Origin: Bacteriovoracia bacterium
Lineage (GTDB): Bacteria; Bdellovibrionota; UBA1018; JBFWNL01
Assembly: GCA_050251055.1 (NCBI GenBank)
Contig: JBFWNL010000011.1
Span: forward strand, 32,001 to 96,000
Length of the DNA stretch: 64,000 nucleotides
Direction: 5' to 3'
Positions 30,033 to 39,443 of this stretch are shown piece after piece; within the stretch, counting starts at the first letter, position 1, and each line of letters starts with the position of its first letter. The translations under genes were made by a program, and so were the position numbers. Under the pieces are notes generated by a model. It was not told where the DNA came from, did not search any database, and saw only the letters and a program-made list of their open reading frames with translations.

Positions 30033-31232
30033 CTAAATGCGGACCCACTGCAACGGATTCACCGCCACGTTGCGCGCGCGCACTTCAAAATATATAGGCT
30101 GACCATTGCCATCAGCTATGCCCAATTCGTCGCCTTGGGCAATAACGTCACCCACCTGGCGCTTCATCTCGCCCAGCCGGCCACATAGCGAATAGTAGTG
30201 ATCGCCGTGATCCAAAATGACCACATTGTCGTAGCCAGGAAGCTTCCCGGCAAAAACTACCTTGCCGGAGAAAATAGCCTTCACCGACGACTTGGGCGCC
30301 GCCTCGATGTCGACCCCCTTTTTAAACACGGTGAGTTTCGATTGAGCGTCGACCACCCGTCCGAACCCGGTGAGCACCCGGCCGGCGAGCGGCAGGGGAA
30401 GCTTTCCTTTCGCCTTCACGAACTCCCCTCCGTGCATGTCGCGCGAGATCGCGCGTTCGGCTTCGGCGACGCGCTCGAACTCCACCCGCGCGTTGAATTG
30501 GCTCATGAGACCCTCGACCTGGGCTTCCGATTCCTTGAGCCGATGGTAGCTGCGCAGCTGCGCGATGCGCTCCGAGTACTTCGTGCGGATCGTCTCGAGC
30601 TGAAGCTCGCGGTGGAACTTGAGCAGGCCTTGCTGTTCCTGCAGGTCGTGGCTCAGGTTCGCCAACTGCTGACGTTCCTCTTGAATGCGATTCTGCAGGC
30701 CTTCGGCATCCGAGAGATCGGCGCGCAGGCTCTCGAGCTCGCTTACATGAATATCCACTAGCCCGGCGAGCGCCCGGCGATAAGGGGCCTCACGCCGCGC
30801 CTCCTCCGCGAAGTCGGGTGAGGCTGGCAGCGCCTTCGGCTCCCGCCGTCGCGAGCGCGACAGGTCCACGAGGAAGCCACGAATCGCCGTTTGTTTCTCG
30901 CCGATCTTCTCGAGCACCTGATTGCGACGAGTCTCGAGCTCGAGGATATAAGATTCCAGGCGCGCGGTTTTAGCCTGTACGAGCTCCATTTCCTGCTTTT
31001 GTAGCGCGAGGAGCTCGCGAATGCGTTGCACTTTTTGCTGGGCGGCCTTTTGGTCTTGGTCGCTCTGCAGGAGTTCTTTCTGGGCCGCGAGCACGCGGCG
31101 GTGGATCATCTCCAAGGAGGCCGGAGGCTTTGCCGACGGCAGGGTTTGCTTGGGCGGCACCGGGGCGGCGACCGCGTATCCCGCGAACGGCGCCCATGCG
31201 CAGACCAAGGCTAGAACCGCTCGCCTAACCAT
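30033..31232 (-). CDS. envC: Murein hydrolase activator EnvC family
   Basis: Signal peptide, long coiled coil, degenerate LytM domain lacking Zn ligands; downstream of ftsEX. Confidence 0.85.
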   Translation of the reverse strand: MVRRAVLALVCAWAPFAGYAVAAPVPPKQTLPSAKPPASLEMIHRRVLAAQKELLQSDQDQKAAQQKVQRIRELLALQKQEMELVQAKTARLESYILELETRRNQVLEKIGEKQTAIRGFLVDLSRSRRREPKALPASPDFAEEARREAPYRRALAGLVDIHVSELESLRADLSDAEGLQNRIQEERQQLANLSHDLQEQQGLLKFHRELQLETIRTKYSERIAQLRSYHRLKESEAQVEGLMSQFNARVEFERVAEAERAISRDMHGGEFVKAKGKLPLPLAGRVLTGFGRVVDAQSKLTVFKKGVDIEAAPKSSVKAIFSGKVVFAGKLPGYDNVVILDHGDHYYSLCGRLGEMKRQVGDVIAQGDELGIADGNGQPIYFEVRARNVAVNPLQWVRI

Positions 31233-32142
31233 GGCGCCGGAAGCTTCCCTTCCCGACCCGCCCGTCCAAGCGCAGACAACTCGCCGCGGCCGTGCCCAAT
31301 CCCGCGACCATCCCCACCGACACCAAGAGCAGGGAAATCCAGCCGGTGGAACCGAGTGCGCGCACTTCCGCGAGCATGGGGGAAAGCGAAGCCACGGCCG
31401 GGGTGAGCAACCAGACTCCCGTCTGCCATAACCCCAACGCGATCAATCCCGCCGCGCCGCCCGCCAGAAGACCGCTCAGAAGTGCCGGTGCATGCACGCT
31501 CCAACCGTCTGCGCCCCAAAGCCGCATCAAGCTCGCGACTTCCGCGTGAATACCGGCGCTTAGGCGCGAAGCATGGAACATCCCGCTCAAAAGCGCTAAA
31601 CAAAGGCCGATGGCCAACCCAATCGCACCCCAACGCAGTCCCCGATAAGCTCCCACCACGTGGCGATAGCGATCGCGCGAGCTCTCGGCCTGCTCAATAC
31701 CCGGCAATGCCCGCACTTTCGCGAGTACGCCGCTTCCGCTGGCCTGGGCGGAGACCGGAAAAACGCCCGCGATCGAAACGTAGCGCGGTACCACGCGCGG
31801 CATGTCCGCCCCCAGGTGCAAGATCTCTTGGTGCATCTCCGGATCCGTCTCGGCGAGTTCCTTCAGGAACGCAGAAGTACCCACGAGCTGGATATCGGCC
31901 GCGCCCACTGCCACGCGAATCGTGTCGACTAGCTTTCCTTCATCGGCCGGATCCAGGGTGGGCGCGACGTAGGCCGTGATGACCTGTTCATGCTCCAGCC
32001 GATGGACGACCGGACGTAAAACCGCCTGAGCCCAGATCATGAGACCGAACAAGAAAATCAGAGTCGCCATCGAAACCACGCTGATCGCCTGGGCGCCGGG
32101 AGCAAGCCGGAAAGGGCGCAAGGCCAATCTCAGTAGGTGCAT
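31225..32142 (-). CDS. ftsX: Cell division permease FtsX (divergent)
   Basis: 4-TM topology with periplasmic domain, EVASLMRLWGA motif, located between ftsE and envC; start at MHLLRL. Confidence 0.8.
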   Translation of the reverse strand: MHLLRLALRPFRLAPGAQAISVVSMATLIFLFGLMIWAQAVLRPVVHRLEHEQVITAYVAPTLDPADEGKLVDTIRVAVGAADIQLVGTSAFLKELAETDPEMHQEILHLGADMPRVVPRYVSIAGVFPVSAQASGSGVLAKVRALPGIEQAESSRDRYRHVVGAYRGLRWGAIGLAIGLCLALLSGMFHASRLSAGIHAEVASLMRLWGADGWSVHAPALLSGLLAGGAAGLIALGLWQTGVWLLTPAVASLSPMLAEVRALGSTGWISLLLVSVGMVAGLGTAAASCLRLDGRVGKGSFRRHG

Positions 32143-32813
32143 ACGTGATGCTCCTCCAAGGTCAGGCGCCCCCCGTTCAAGATCGCGCATTTCTTGCGTA
32201 CCCGGCGGACGATTTCGCGGTCGTGCGTGGCGACCACCACCGTGGCCCCCTGCTTGTTGGCCTTGATCAATAGATCCATCAACGCCCAGGTAAAGTCGCG
32301 GTCCTGCGCGCCCGTGGGCTCATCGGCGATGATTAGATCGGGCTGGCGCACGAACGCCCGCGCGGCGGCCACGCGTTGGGCCTCGCCTCCCGAAAGCGTC
32401 CCCGCCGGCTTGGCGCGTTTGGCGGACAACCCCATCATGCGCAGGTAATCCTCAACGCGATCGCGCGACTCGGCGCCCGCGTACTTCTTGTGCGCGAACC
32501 TCATGGCCAGCGCGACGTTTTCATAAACGCTAAGATCCGGGATCAGCCGGACATTTTGGGGGATGTAGCCGACCGCCTGTCGAAGCGAGCGCAAGGTACT
32601 GGGGGTGATCCTTCCCAAGTCGTAACCCATCACGGAGACCTGGCCCTGGGTAGGCGCTTCCTCGGTGGCCATTAGACGCAAGAGCGAAGACTTGCCCGCA
32701 CCCGTTCCACCGACGACATACAGGAACTCACCGCGCTGGAGGTGCAGATCCACGCCGTCCAAGGTCTTGGCCGATTCTTGATAGGATTTGGATACCCCTT
32801 TTAGGGTCAACAT
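32130..32813 (-). CDS. ftsE: Cell division ABC ATPase FtsE
   Basis: GGTGAGKSS, LSGGEAQRV, IADEPTG, VATHD; ftsX adjacent. Confidence 0.88.
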   Translation of the reverse strand: MLTLKGVSKSYQESAKTLDGVDLHLQRGEFLYVVGGTGAGKSSLLRLMATEEAPTQGQVSVMGYDLGRITPSTLRSLRQAVGYIPQNVRLIPDLSVYENVALAMRFAHKKYAGAESRDRVEDYLRMMGLSAKRAKPAGTLSGGEAQRVAAARAFVRQPDLIIADEPTGAQDRDFTWALMDLLIKANKQGATVVVATHDREIVRRVRKKCAILNGGRLTLEEHHVCTY

Positions 32814-32878
32814 CGCGTTCTTTCCCCGATTAAAAACATATCATTTTTTTTAGGGGGAAGGGGAAGTATGCTGGGAAG

Positions 32879-33832
32879 ATGCGGGAATCGCCCCTTGGCC
32901 GCGCGCTGACTCGGATCGGCGGCATCTACTTCTCCTACTTGCTCTGGTTTTTCCTGTTTCAGCTCATTATTTTGACGTTCATTACTTATTTTTTAATTTC
33001 GCCCAGTTCACGCGTGCCGAAGCTGCAGGAGATCAGCGAAGTCGTGCTCTCCAACCAGATTCCGGTGGCGGCGGTGGGTGCCGCCCTCTTCGTCACTTTC
33101 TTGACGCTCATTCGACCTTACCTCGTCCGTGACGCCCGCCAAGATCTCCTGCATTGGGACGAGCTGCGCCGGTTTTACTTTCCGGCGATGTTAGGGGGCA
33201 CCGTGCTAGGCGCGGGGCTCACCCTGGCGCTCTTCCTCAGCGGGCACTACCGTTTCCTGGGCACCACGCTCCATTTCGAGGAAGCGGTATCGATCATCGC
33301 GGGCGTACTCGCCAAAAGCTCCATGCTCGCCCTACTGGTTTACTGCGAAGAGTATCTTTTCCGCAAAAAACTGCTCGAAGCTGTCCGTCGACACGTGCCG
33401 GATCTCTACGCCGCGGCCTTCTGTGCCATCCTCTTTTGTGGCGCGAAAGCGCTGCAGTTTCAGTTAGGCGTCATGCAGGTCACGACGCTTTTCCTCGCGG
33501 GGCTTTGGCTCGGCTTAAAGGCCTGTGCCGATCGTCAATTCCAAGGTGGCGCTGGCTTCTGGACCGCGTTCCTCGTGCTTCTGCACGCCATCTTGGGTTT
33601 GCCGATTCTCGGCAACGACGCGAACGGAATTTTTCTGATCAAATATAGCAGCACCACGGAAGCGATCTGGAGCGCTTGGGGCGCCGATAGCCGCACGACG
33701 CTTTTTCTGACCGGCGGGATCGGTGGCCCGCTCTCGAGTTTTGCCGTGCAAATCATTCTTTTGATGCAAAGTATTAGAATTCTGGTTAAAAATCATGGGA
33801 TAGGTAGGATTCTCAAAAATGCCCACGACTGA
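32879..33832 (+). CDS. CPBP/Abi-family intramembrane protein with altered motifs
   Basis: CEEYLFR motif, polytopic topology, LTGGIGGP motif near the C-terminus. Confidence 0.65.
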   Translation: MRESPLGRALTRIGGIYFSYLLWFFLFQLIILTFITYFLISPSSRVPKLQEISEVVLSNQIPVAAVGAALFVTFLTLIRPYLVRDARQDLLHWDELRRFYFPAMLGGTVLGAGLTLALFLSGHYRFLGTTLHFEEAVSIIAGVLAKSSMLALLVYCEEYLFRKKLLEAVRRHVPDLYAAAFCAILFCGAKALQFQLGVMQVTTLFLAGLWLGLKACADRQFQGGAGFWTAFLVLLHAILGLPILGNDANGIFLIKYSSTTEAIWSAWGADSRTTLFLTGGIGGPLSSFAVQIILLMQSIRILVKNHGIGRILKNAHD

Positions 33833-34526
33833 ACTAGCCTCGACCGGAGTTTTCGCCTTGATCGCCCAAGCCGGACTGGTCGTCAAAGCCGTCCTGCTCA
33901 TGCTTGCTTCGGCCTCCGTGTTTTGTTGGGCCATCATCCTGACTAAACGTCGCGTGCTGAAAGTCGCGATGAAAGAAAATGGCAAATTTCTTGACGCATT
34001 CTGGCAAAGCAAGAGCTTAGACGAAGTTTTCGGTAAGAGCGAAAGCTTCAAGAGCTCCCCCGTGGCCAATGTTTTCCGCAGCGGCTTCAAGGAGCTGCAG
34101 AAGCTCTCCTTGACCGAACGCAACGGCGGCACTTTCCAAGAAGTAGACAACGTCAATCGCGCCCTGGTGCGCGCCTCCATGCACGAAATGTCCAACATGG
34201 AGAAGTACCTGAGTTGGCTCGCGACCACGGCGAGCGCCTCTCCGTTCGTGGGACTCTTCGGGACCGTTTGGGGGATCATGAACTCCTTCCAGCGCATCGG
34301 CACCGCCGAGACGGTGAACCTCGCGGTCGTGGCGCCGGGCATCTCGGAGGCGCTTATCGCGACGGCCGTGGGTCTCGCCGCCGCCATCCCGGCCGTGATC
34401 GCGTATAACCATTTCGTCAATCACGTGAAGAAGATCGGGGTGGACGTGGACAATTTCTCGAACGACTTCCTCAATATCATTCAACGGGGACTGATGGCCG
34501 GCGGCAAGACCCCGGCCAAGAGGTAA
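33819..34526 (+). CDS. tolQ: TolQ
   Basis: SPFVGLFGTVWGIMNSF and VAPGISEALIATAVGL. Confidence 0.95.
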   Translation: MPTTELASTGVFALIAQAGLVVKAVLLMLASASVFCWAIILTKRRVLKVAMKENGKFLDAFWQSKSLDEVFGKSESFKSSPVANVFRSGFKELQKLSLTERNGGTFQEVDNVNRALVRASMHEMSNMEKYLSWLATTASASPFVGLFGTVWGIMNSFQRIGTAETVNLAVVAPGISEALIATAVGLAAAIPAVIAYNHFVNHVKKIGVDVDNFSNDFLNIIQRGLMAGGKTPAKR

Positions 34527-34530
34527 TTGC

Positions 34531-34962
34531 GTGGCGTTTTCCAATCCTAACAAAGGTCGGCAGATGACCGCCTTAGCGGAAATCAACGTCACACCTTTCG
34601 TCGACGTCATGCTCGTGCTCCTGATCGTCTTCATGGTCTCGGCGCCGCTCATGCAGCAAGGCGTGCAGGTCCACCTGCCGAAGGCCAACGCCGGCTCGAT
34701 GGACGACGTCCCCGACCAGCTCAATCTCATGATCTCCAAGGACCAGACCATCGCCTTCAACGGAAAGGCCCTCAAAAAAGGCACGCTGCGTGAACGCCTG
34801 CTCGCGATCTCCGCCGCCAAGCCTGGCGTCCAGGTCGTGGTCCAAGCCGATAAAGACGTCGCGTACGGTTTTATCGCCCAAGTCATTTCCGAAGTGAAGA
34901 ATGCAAAAATCAGCCGGGTGGGTCTCAAGACTGCTCCGGCCGACAAGAATTTTCATTTATAA
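34531..34962 (+). CDS. tolR: TolR
   Basis: EINVTPFVDVMLVLLIVFMV. Confidence 0.93.
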   Translation: MAFSNPNKGRQMTALAEINVTPFVDVMLVLLIVFMVSAPLMQQGVQVHLPKANAGSMDDVPDQLNLMISKDQTIAFNGKALKKGTLRERLLAISAAKPGVQVVVQADKDVAYGFIAQVISEVKNAKISRVGLKTAPADKNFHL

Positions 34963-34965
34963 AAC

Positions 34966-35739
34966 ATGAGCTCGTCCGCTTTGCGTCCGTTGGATACTCC
35001 CGCCGACCCCAATTCCCGCCTTTCGCGCGGGCTGCGCTGGTCTTTTATCTTGCACGCGCTATTCCTCGCGGTTGTTTTCGTGAAAACCGTGGTGCTGCCC
35101 GATAACTTCGAGGTTTATACGCCCACCCTGCGCGTGGATCTCGTCGGCTTGCCGGACATTCTCTCCAAGGACCTCGACAAGGTGAGCCCGATCGTTCCCA
35201 AGGAAGACGCCGGCGACGACATGAAGGCGCCGGCCGAGCAGAAGATCAAGACCGGCGACATGACGCTGAAAGAGCAGGAGAAGAAAAAGAAAGCCACCCA
35301 GGAAGCCGAGGCGAAAAAGCGTAAATCGAAGATGTCCAACGCGCTCGAACGCATCAAGGCGCTCGCCAAGCTCTCCGAGGAAGAACCGAAGAACCAAGCC
35401 TTGATCAAAGGCAACCAGGTTTCGAAAGGCACGACGCTCACCGGAAACGCGAAGGAGGCCGCGAACCTCAGCTACAACGACCTGCTGCTGGAGCGTCTGA
35501 AACAGAACTGGGAACTTCCCGTATGGCTCGACCGGCAGAATCTTTCGGCCAAAGTGCTGCTCTACATCGACGCGCGCGGCAGCGTGCGCGGCATTCGCTT
35601 TGAGAAAAACTCCGGTAATCCCAAGTTCGACGCCGCCGTTCGTGACGCAATTACGGCCAGTGACCCGTTTCCCGTTCCCCCCAAGGAGCTGCAGAGCCAG
35701 ATGATGTCATCGGGCGTGCTGTTGGGATTTCCGCTATGA
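34966..35739 (+). CDS. tolA: TolA/TonB-family energy transducer
   Basis: SFILH TM motif, charged linker, C-terminal SGNPKFDAAV..PFP.PP; lies between tolR and tolB. Confidence 0.85.
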   Translation: MSSSALRPLDTPADPNSRLSRGLRWSFILHALFLAVVFVKTVVLPDNFEVYTPTLRVDLVGLPDILSKDLDKVSPIVPKEDAGDDMKAPAEQKIKTGDMTLKEQEKKKKATQEAEAKKRKSKMSNALERIKALAKLSEEEPKNQALIKGNQVSKGTTLTGNAKEAANLSYNDLLLERLKQNWELPVWLDRQNLSAKVLLYIDARGSVRGIRFEKNSGNPKFDAAVRDAITASDPFPVPPKELQSQMMSSGVLLGFPL

Positions 35740-35767
35740 CGCTACAGAAATAAAGAGGACCAAGCTT

Positions 35768-37114
35768 ATGAAAAAAAGGAACCAATCGAGCGCATTCCCT
35801 CTCCTCTCCACCGCCGTTTTAGGCTTTTACCTTGCCCTTCCCGCCACTTCCACCGCGGAAACCACGGCTTACATCCCGGTCGGCAAGGCCAAGACGAAGA
35901 AGACCGTCATCGCTTTCCCCCCGATTCGGACGAAGGATGGCGACCCCCGCGGCATCGCCAAAACCATCGCGAGCACCGTAAACGATGACCTCGTGTTCAT
36001 GGACATCTTCTCGTTCATGGCTCCGGGCGCTTTCATCGAGGACGCCGGCAAAGCTGGCATCGCTCCCGACACCTTCAAGTACTCCGACTGGTCGGTGATT
36101 GGCACCGATATCCTCATCAAGGCGGCCCTGAGCTCGGAAGGCTCCAACGTGGTGCTCGAAGCTTATGTCTACGACCCGAGTAAAAGCTCCCAAGTGATGG
36201 CCAAGCGCTACGTCGCCAGCCCCGCTGATGCGGTGTCCATCGGCCACACGTTCGCCAATGAGCTCGTCGAAAAACTCACCGGGCTTAAGGGCATCTTTAT
36301 GTCGCGAATCGCGATGGTGTGCAACCTGACGGGCAAGGATGAGATCTACGTCATGGACTTCGACGGCAAGAACTCCAAGCAGCTTACTCGCCACCGCTCG
36401 CTCGCGTTCTCTCCCGGCTGGAGTCCTGACGGCTCCAAGATCGCGTACACGGTGGTGAACCGCAATGCCAAGAACGTGCGCAACCACGATCTTTTCGAAT
36501 ACAGCTTCATCGAGAACTCCACGCGGCAGCTCTCCAACCGTACCGGCATGAATAGCGGCGCCGACTATTCGCCCGATGGCTCCAAGATCGCGCTTACCAT
36601 GAGCTTCCTGGGCAACCCCGAGATTTTCTCGCTCGATCCCAAGACTAAGACGATCACCCGGCTCACGAAATCGTTTGGTTCGAATGTCGACCCGCGCTGG
36701 AGCCCGGACGGGTCAAAGCTAGCGTTCATTTCCGATCGCACCGGCCAGCCGATGGTTTTCAGCATGAACGCCGACGGCTCGAACGTACAACGCCTGACCT
36801 TTGCCGGCCGCTATAACGCAACCCCGTCGTGGTCGTCGACCAATAACAAAATCGCCTTTGCCGGTTGGACCACGGGCCACTTTGATATTTTCATCATGAA
36901 CCCGGATGGTACCAAGATCGAGCGTCTCACTAAGGACCAAGGGAATAACGAGGACCCCGATTTCAGCCCCGACGGAAATTTCTTGGTCTTCAGCTCGAAT
37001 CGAACGGGAAAAAAGAACATCTACGTCATGAATATCGACGGTACCTTCGTGAAGCGCTTGACTTACGGTCTCGGGAACTGCCAATCTCCTCGTTGGTCCA
37101 AAGCGCCCAAGTAA
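35768..37114 (+). CDS. tolB: TolB beta-propeller protein
   Basis: Signal peptide, TolB N-domain, PD40 repeats (WSPDG). Confidence 0.92.
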   Translation: MKKRNQSSAFPLLSTAVLGFYLALPATSTAETTAYIPVGKAKTKKTVIAFPPIRTKDGDPRGIAKTIASTVNDDLVFMDIFSFMAPGAFIEDAGKAGIAPDTFKYSDWSVIGTDILIKAALSSEGSNVVLEAYVYDPSKSSQVMAKRYVASPADAVSIGHTFANELVEKLTGLKGIFMSRIAMVCNLTGKDEIYVMDFDGKNSKQLTRHRSLAFSPGWSPDGSKIAYTVVNRNAKNVRNHDLFEYSFIENSTRQLSNRTGMNSGADYSPDGSKIALTMSFLGNPEIFSLDPKTKTITRLTKSFGSNVDPRWSPDGSKLAFISDRTGQPMVFSMNADGSNVQRLTFAGRYNATPSWSSTNNKIAFAGWTTGHFDIFIMNPDGTKIERLTKDQGNNEDPDFSPDGNFLVFSSNRTGKKNIYVMNIDGTFVKRLTYGLGNCQSPRWSKAPK

Positions 37115-37127
37115 AGGATTCAATTTT

Positions 37128-37454
37128 ATGGAAGCACGTGCCGTATTTCCGGCAGAAATTCAGGAGCAAATCCGTAAAGGATACATTATCCGGCTGGATC
37201 AACGCGTCAAGCGCATGCGTAAGTTCTTTGCGGAACGCAACTGGGTGGACCTCCGCCAGGAGTGCATGCACTTGCGCAAAACCGCCCCCGGCTTTGGCCT
37301 CGCGGACCTCGCTTCGCTCGCCGAACGCGTGGAGCTGAGCCTCGAAGCCGCCGGCGGCCTGAGCCGCGCGCAAGTTCGCCCCGAAGCAAAGCTTGCCGCC
37401 GAGAATCTTTTTTCTGAAATCTACAAAACCCTGAGCCAGGAGAGCCTGATATGA
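37128..37454 (+). CDS. Hpt-like four-helix protein, non-canonical phosphoacceptor motif
   Basis: NWVDLRQECMHLRKTAPGFGLADLASLAERVE matches the Hpt pattern. Confidence 0.6.
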   Translation: MEARAVFPAEIQEQIRKGYIIRLDQRVKRMRKFFAERNWVDLRQECMHLRKTAPGFGLADLASLAERVELSLEAAGGLSRAQVRPEAKLAAENLFSEIYKTLSQESLI

Positions 37455-38740
37455 GTTCCATGAACGGAGACCGCGTCGTCATTGTCAACGGAGCCCGCAC
37501 GCCATTTGCACGCGCGCGCAGCGTGTACCAGAAAATGCCGGCTTCGGCCTTGGGCGGGATTCCGCTCCGAGAAACCATCGCCCGCTCGGATCTCGATCCC
37601 AAGCTCGTGGAAGAAGTCTACTACGGCATCGTGAGCTCGCCCGCCGAGGGCACGAACGTGGCCCGCGAGGCTTTGTTCGACTCTGGCCTACCGCCGACGA
37701 TTCCCTGCACCACCATCAATCGTTACTGCGCTTCGGCCATGGAAGCCGCGGCCGGGATCGCGGCCAAGATCCAGTCCGGACAGATTTCCGTCGGCATCGC
37801 CGGGGGCGTCGAGTCCATCAGCTCCATCCGCGCGCTCTTCAGCCAGAAGGCGACCGATTACTTCCAAGATATCGCCCGCGCGAAGACCGCGGGCCAACGC
37901 CTCGGCATGCTCTCGCAGTTTCGCCCGGCGCTGCTCGCGCCGCACGCGCCCGGCATCAAGGAACCGACGACCAACCTCAGCATGGGGCAGTCGGCGGACC
38001 TCATGGCTCGCGAGTTCAACGTAAGCCGCGAGGAGCAAGACAAATTCGCCTTGGGCAGCCATCAAAAGGCCCATGCCGCTTGGGAGAACGGTTTTTTCCG
38101 TACGCACGTCGCCCCCGTGGCTAACCCCGAAGGCAAAGTCGTGGAGCGCGATACGGACGTACGCGCCGATTCCACCCTGGAAAAACTCGCCTCACTGAAG
38201 CCCGTCTTCTATAAGGATGGGACGATCAGCGCGGGCAATGCGAGTCCCCTTACCGATGGTGCGGCGGCCGTTCTCATGATGTCCGAATCGCGCGCGCGCG
38301 AGCTGAACATGAAGCCCATCGGCGTCGTTCGCAGCTACGCCGCGGCCGCCATCGACATCAAGAAGGAAGCCCTACTCATTGGCCCCGTGTACGCCATCCC
38401 ACGCGCGCTCAAAGCCGCGGGCGTCACCTGGAAAGACCTTGATCTGCTTGAAGTTCACGAAGCTTTCGCGGCGCAGGTGCTGGCCACGGTCAATGCCATC
38501 GAGTCAGCCGAGTTCTGCAAATCGAAACTTGGCTTAGACGGTCCTATCGGCAGCGTGGACTTCACCAAGCTCAACGTGCACGGCGGATCGGTCTCCATCG
38601 GCCACCCCTTCGGCGCCACTGGCGCCCGCATGATCCTGCAAACGCTATACGGGCTTCGCGCCAAGAAGAAAAATCTGGGCCTGATCTCGGTTTGCGCCGC
38701 GGGTGGCCTGGGCTCCGTCATGGTGTTAGAGGCGATCTAA
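37451..38740 (+). CDS. fadI: 3-ketoacyl-CoA thiolase, FadI-like
   Basis: NRYCASA, HEAFAAQ, GHPFGATG and CAAGG. Confidence 0.88.
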   Translation: MSSMNGDRVVIVNGARTPFARARSVYQKMPASALGGIPLRETIARSDLDPKLVEEVYYGIVSSPAEGTNVAREALFDSGLPPTIPCTTINRYCASAMEAAAGIAAKIQSGQISVGIAGGVESISSIRALFSQKATDYFQDIARAKTAGQRLGMLSQFRPALLAPHAPGIKEPTTNLSMGQSADLMAREFNVSREEQDKFALGSHQKAHAAWENGFFRTHVAPVANPEGKVVERDTDVRADSTLEKLASLKPVFYKDGTISAGNASPLTDGAAAVLMMSESRARELNMKPIGVVRSYAAAAIDIKKEALLIGPVYAIPRALKAAGVTWKDLDLLEVHEAFAAQVLATVNAIESAEFCKSKLGLDGPIGSVDFTKLNVHGGSVSIGHPFGATGARMILQTLYGLRAKKKNLGLISVCAAGGLGSVMVLEAI

Positions 38741-38747
38741 GCCCCGC

Positions 38748-39443
38748 ATGCCGTGGGAATTTCCCGATCCCCGGACCGCGACCGAAGACGGCATCGTCGC
38801 CATCGGCGGGGACATGCGCCCCGAGATCCTGATCACGGCCTACTCGCAAGGCATCTTTCCTTGGCCCATTGAAGGCGTTCCCGTCCTGACCTGGTTTTGT
38901 CCCGCCAAGCGGGCGATATTGAAGTTCTCAAATCTCCACGTCGCCCGTAGTCTGCGCCAGGCCCAGAAAAAAACGAAATTCACGTTCACGATCGACCAGG
39001 CATTTAGTGAAGTAATTGCCGAATGCGCGACCGCCAAGCGCGGGGATTGGGGCGCACCCGGCGCGGAGCTGCCCAGCACCTGGATCACGCCCGCGCTCAA
39101 GAAAGCCTACATTCAATTTCATAAAGAACGCGCGCCCGGGCGCGGCGCCCATAGCGTCGAAGTCTGGGACGGTAAAGAGCTGGTGGGCGGGGTTTACGGC
39201 GTGGAGGTGGACGGGGTGTTTTCGGCCGAGAGCATGTTCTTCCATAAATCCAATGCTTCTAAACTGGCGCTGCTTCACCTTGTGGAGCACCTCCGCTCGC
39301 GGGGGGCGGAATGGATGGACATCCAAGTCATGTCCAAGCACATGCGAGCCCTCGGCGCGACGGAGCTATCACGCGAGCGGTTCTTGAAGCTCCTTTCGGA
39401 TACCCAGAATACCGCGCTTAAGTTGTTCGATTCGTACGGGTAA
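38748..39443 (+). CDS. aat: Leucyl/phenylalanyl-tRNA-protein transferase
   Basis: AYSQGIFPW, TWIT, AHSVEVW..LVGGVYGV, ESMF..NASK. Confidence 0.95.
   Translation: MPWEFPDPRTATEDGIVAIGGDMRPEILITAYSQGIFPWPIEGVPVLTWFCPAKRAILKFSNLHVARSLRQAQKKTKFTFTIDQAFSEVIAECATAKRGDWGAPGAELPSTWITPALKKAYIQFHKERAPGRGAHSVEVWDGKELVGGVYGVEVDGVFSAESMFFHKSNASKLALLHLVEHLRSRGAEWMDIQVMSKHMRALGATELSRERFLKLLSDTQNTALKLFDSYG

Noticed and set aside
30033-31232. M23 domain missing zinc ligands as a pseudogene
   Set aside because: A degenerate LytM domain is normal for EnvC.
34017-34946. 309-aa antisense ORF over tolQR (similar long shadows at 8389-9315, 18111-19166, 28681-29679 and 42112-43113)
   Set aside because: They lie opposite well-conserved genes, have no recognisable motifs, and are expected in GC-rich DNA.
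36340-37100. Repeated sequence blocks in tolB
   Set aside because: Ordinary PD40 propeller repeats, not CRISPR or mobile repeats.
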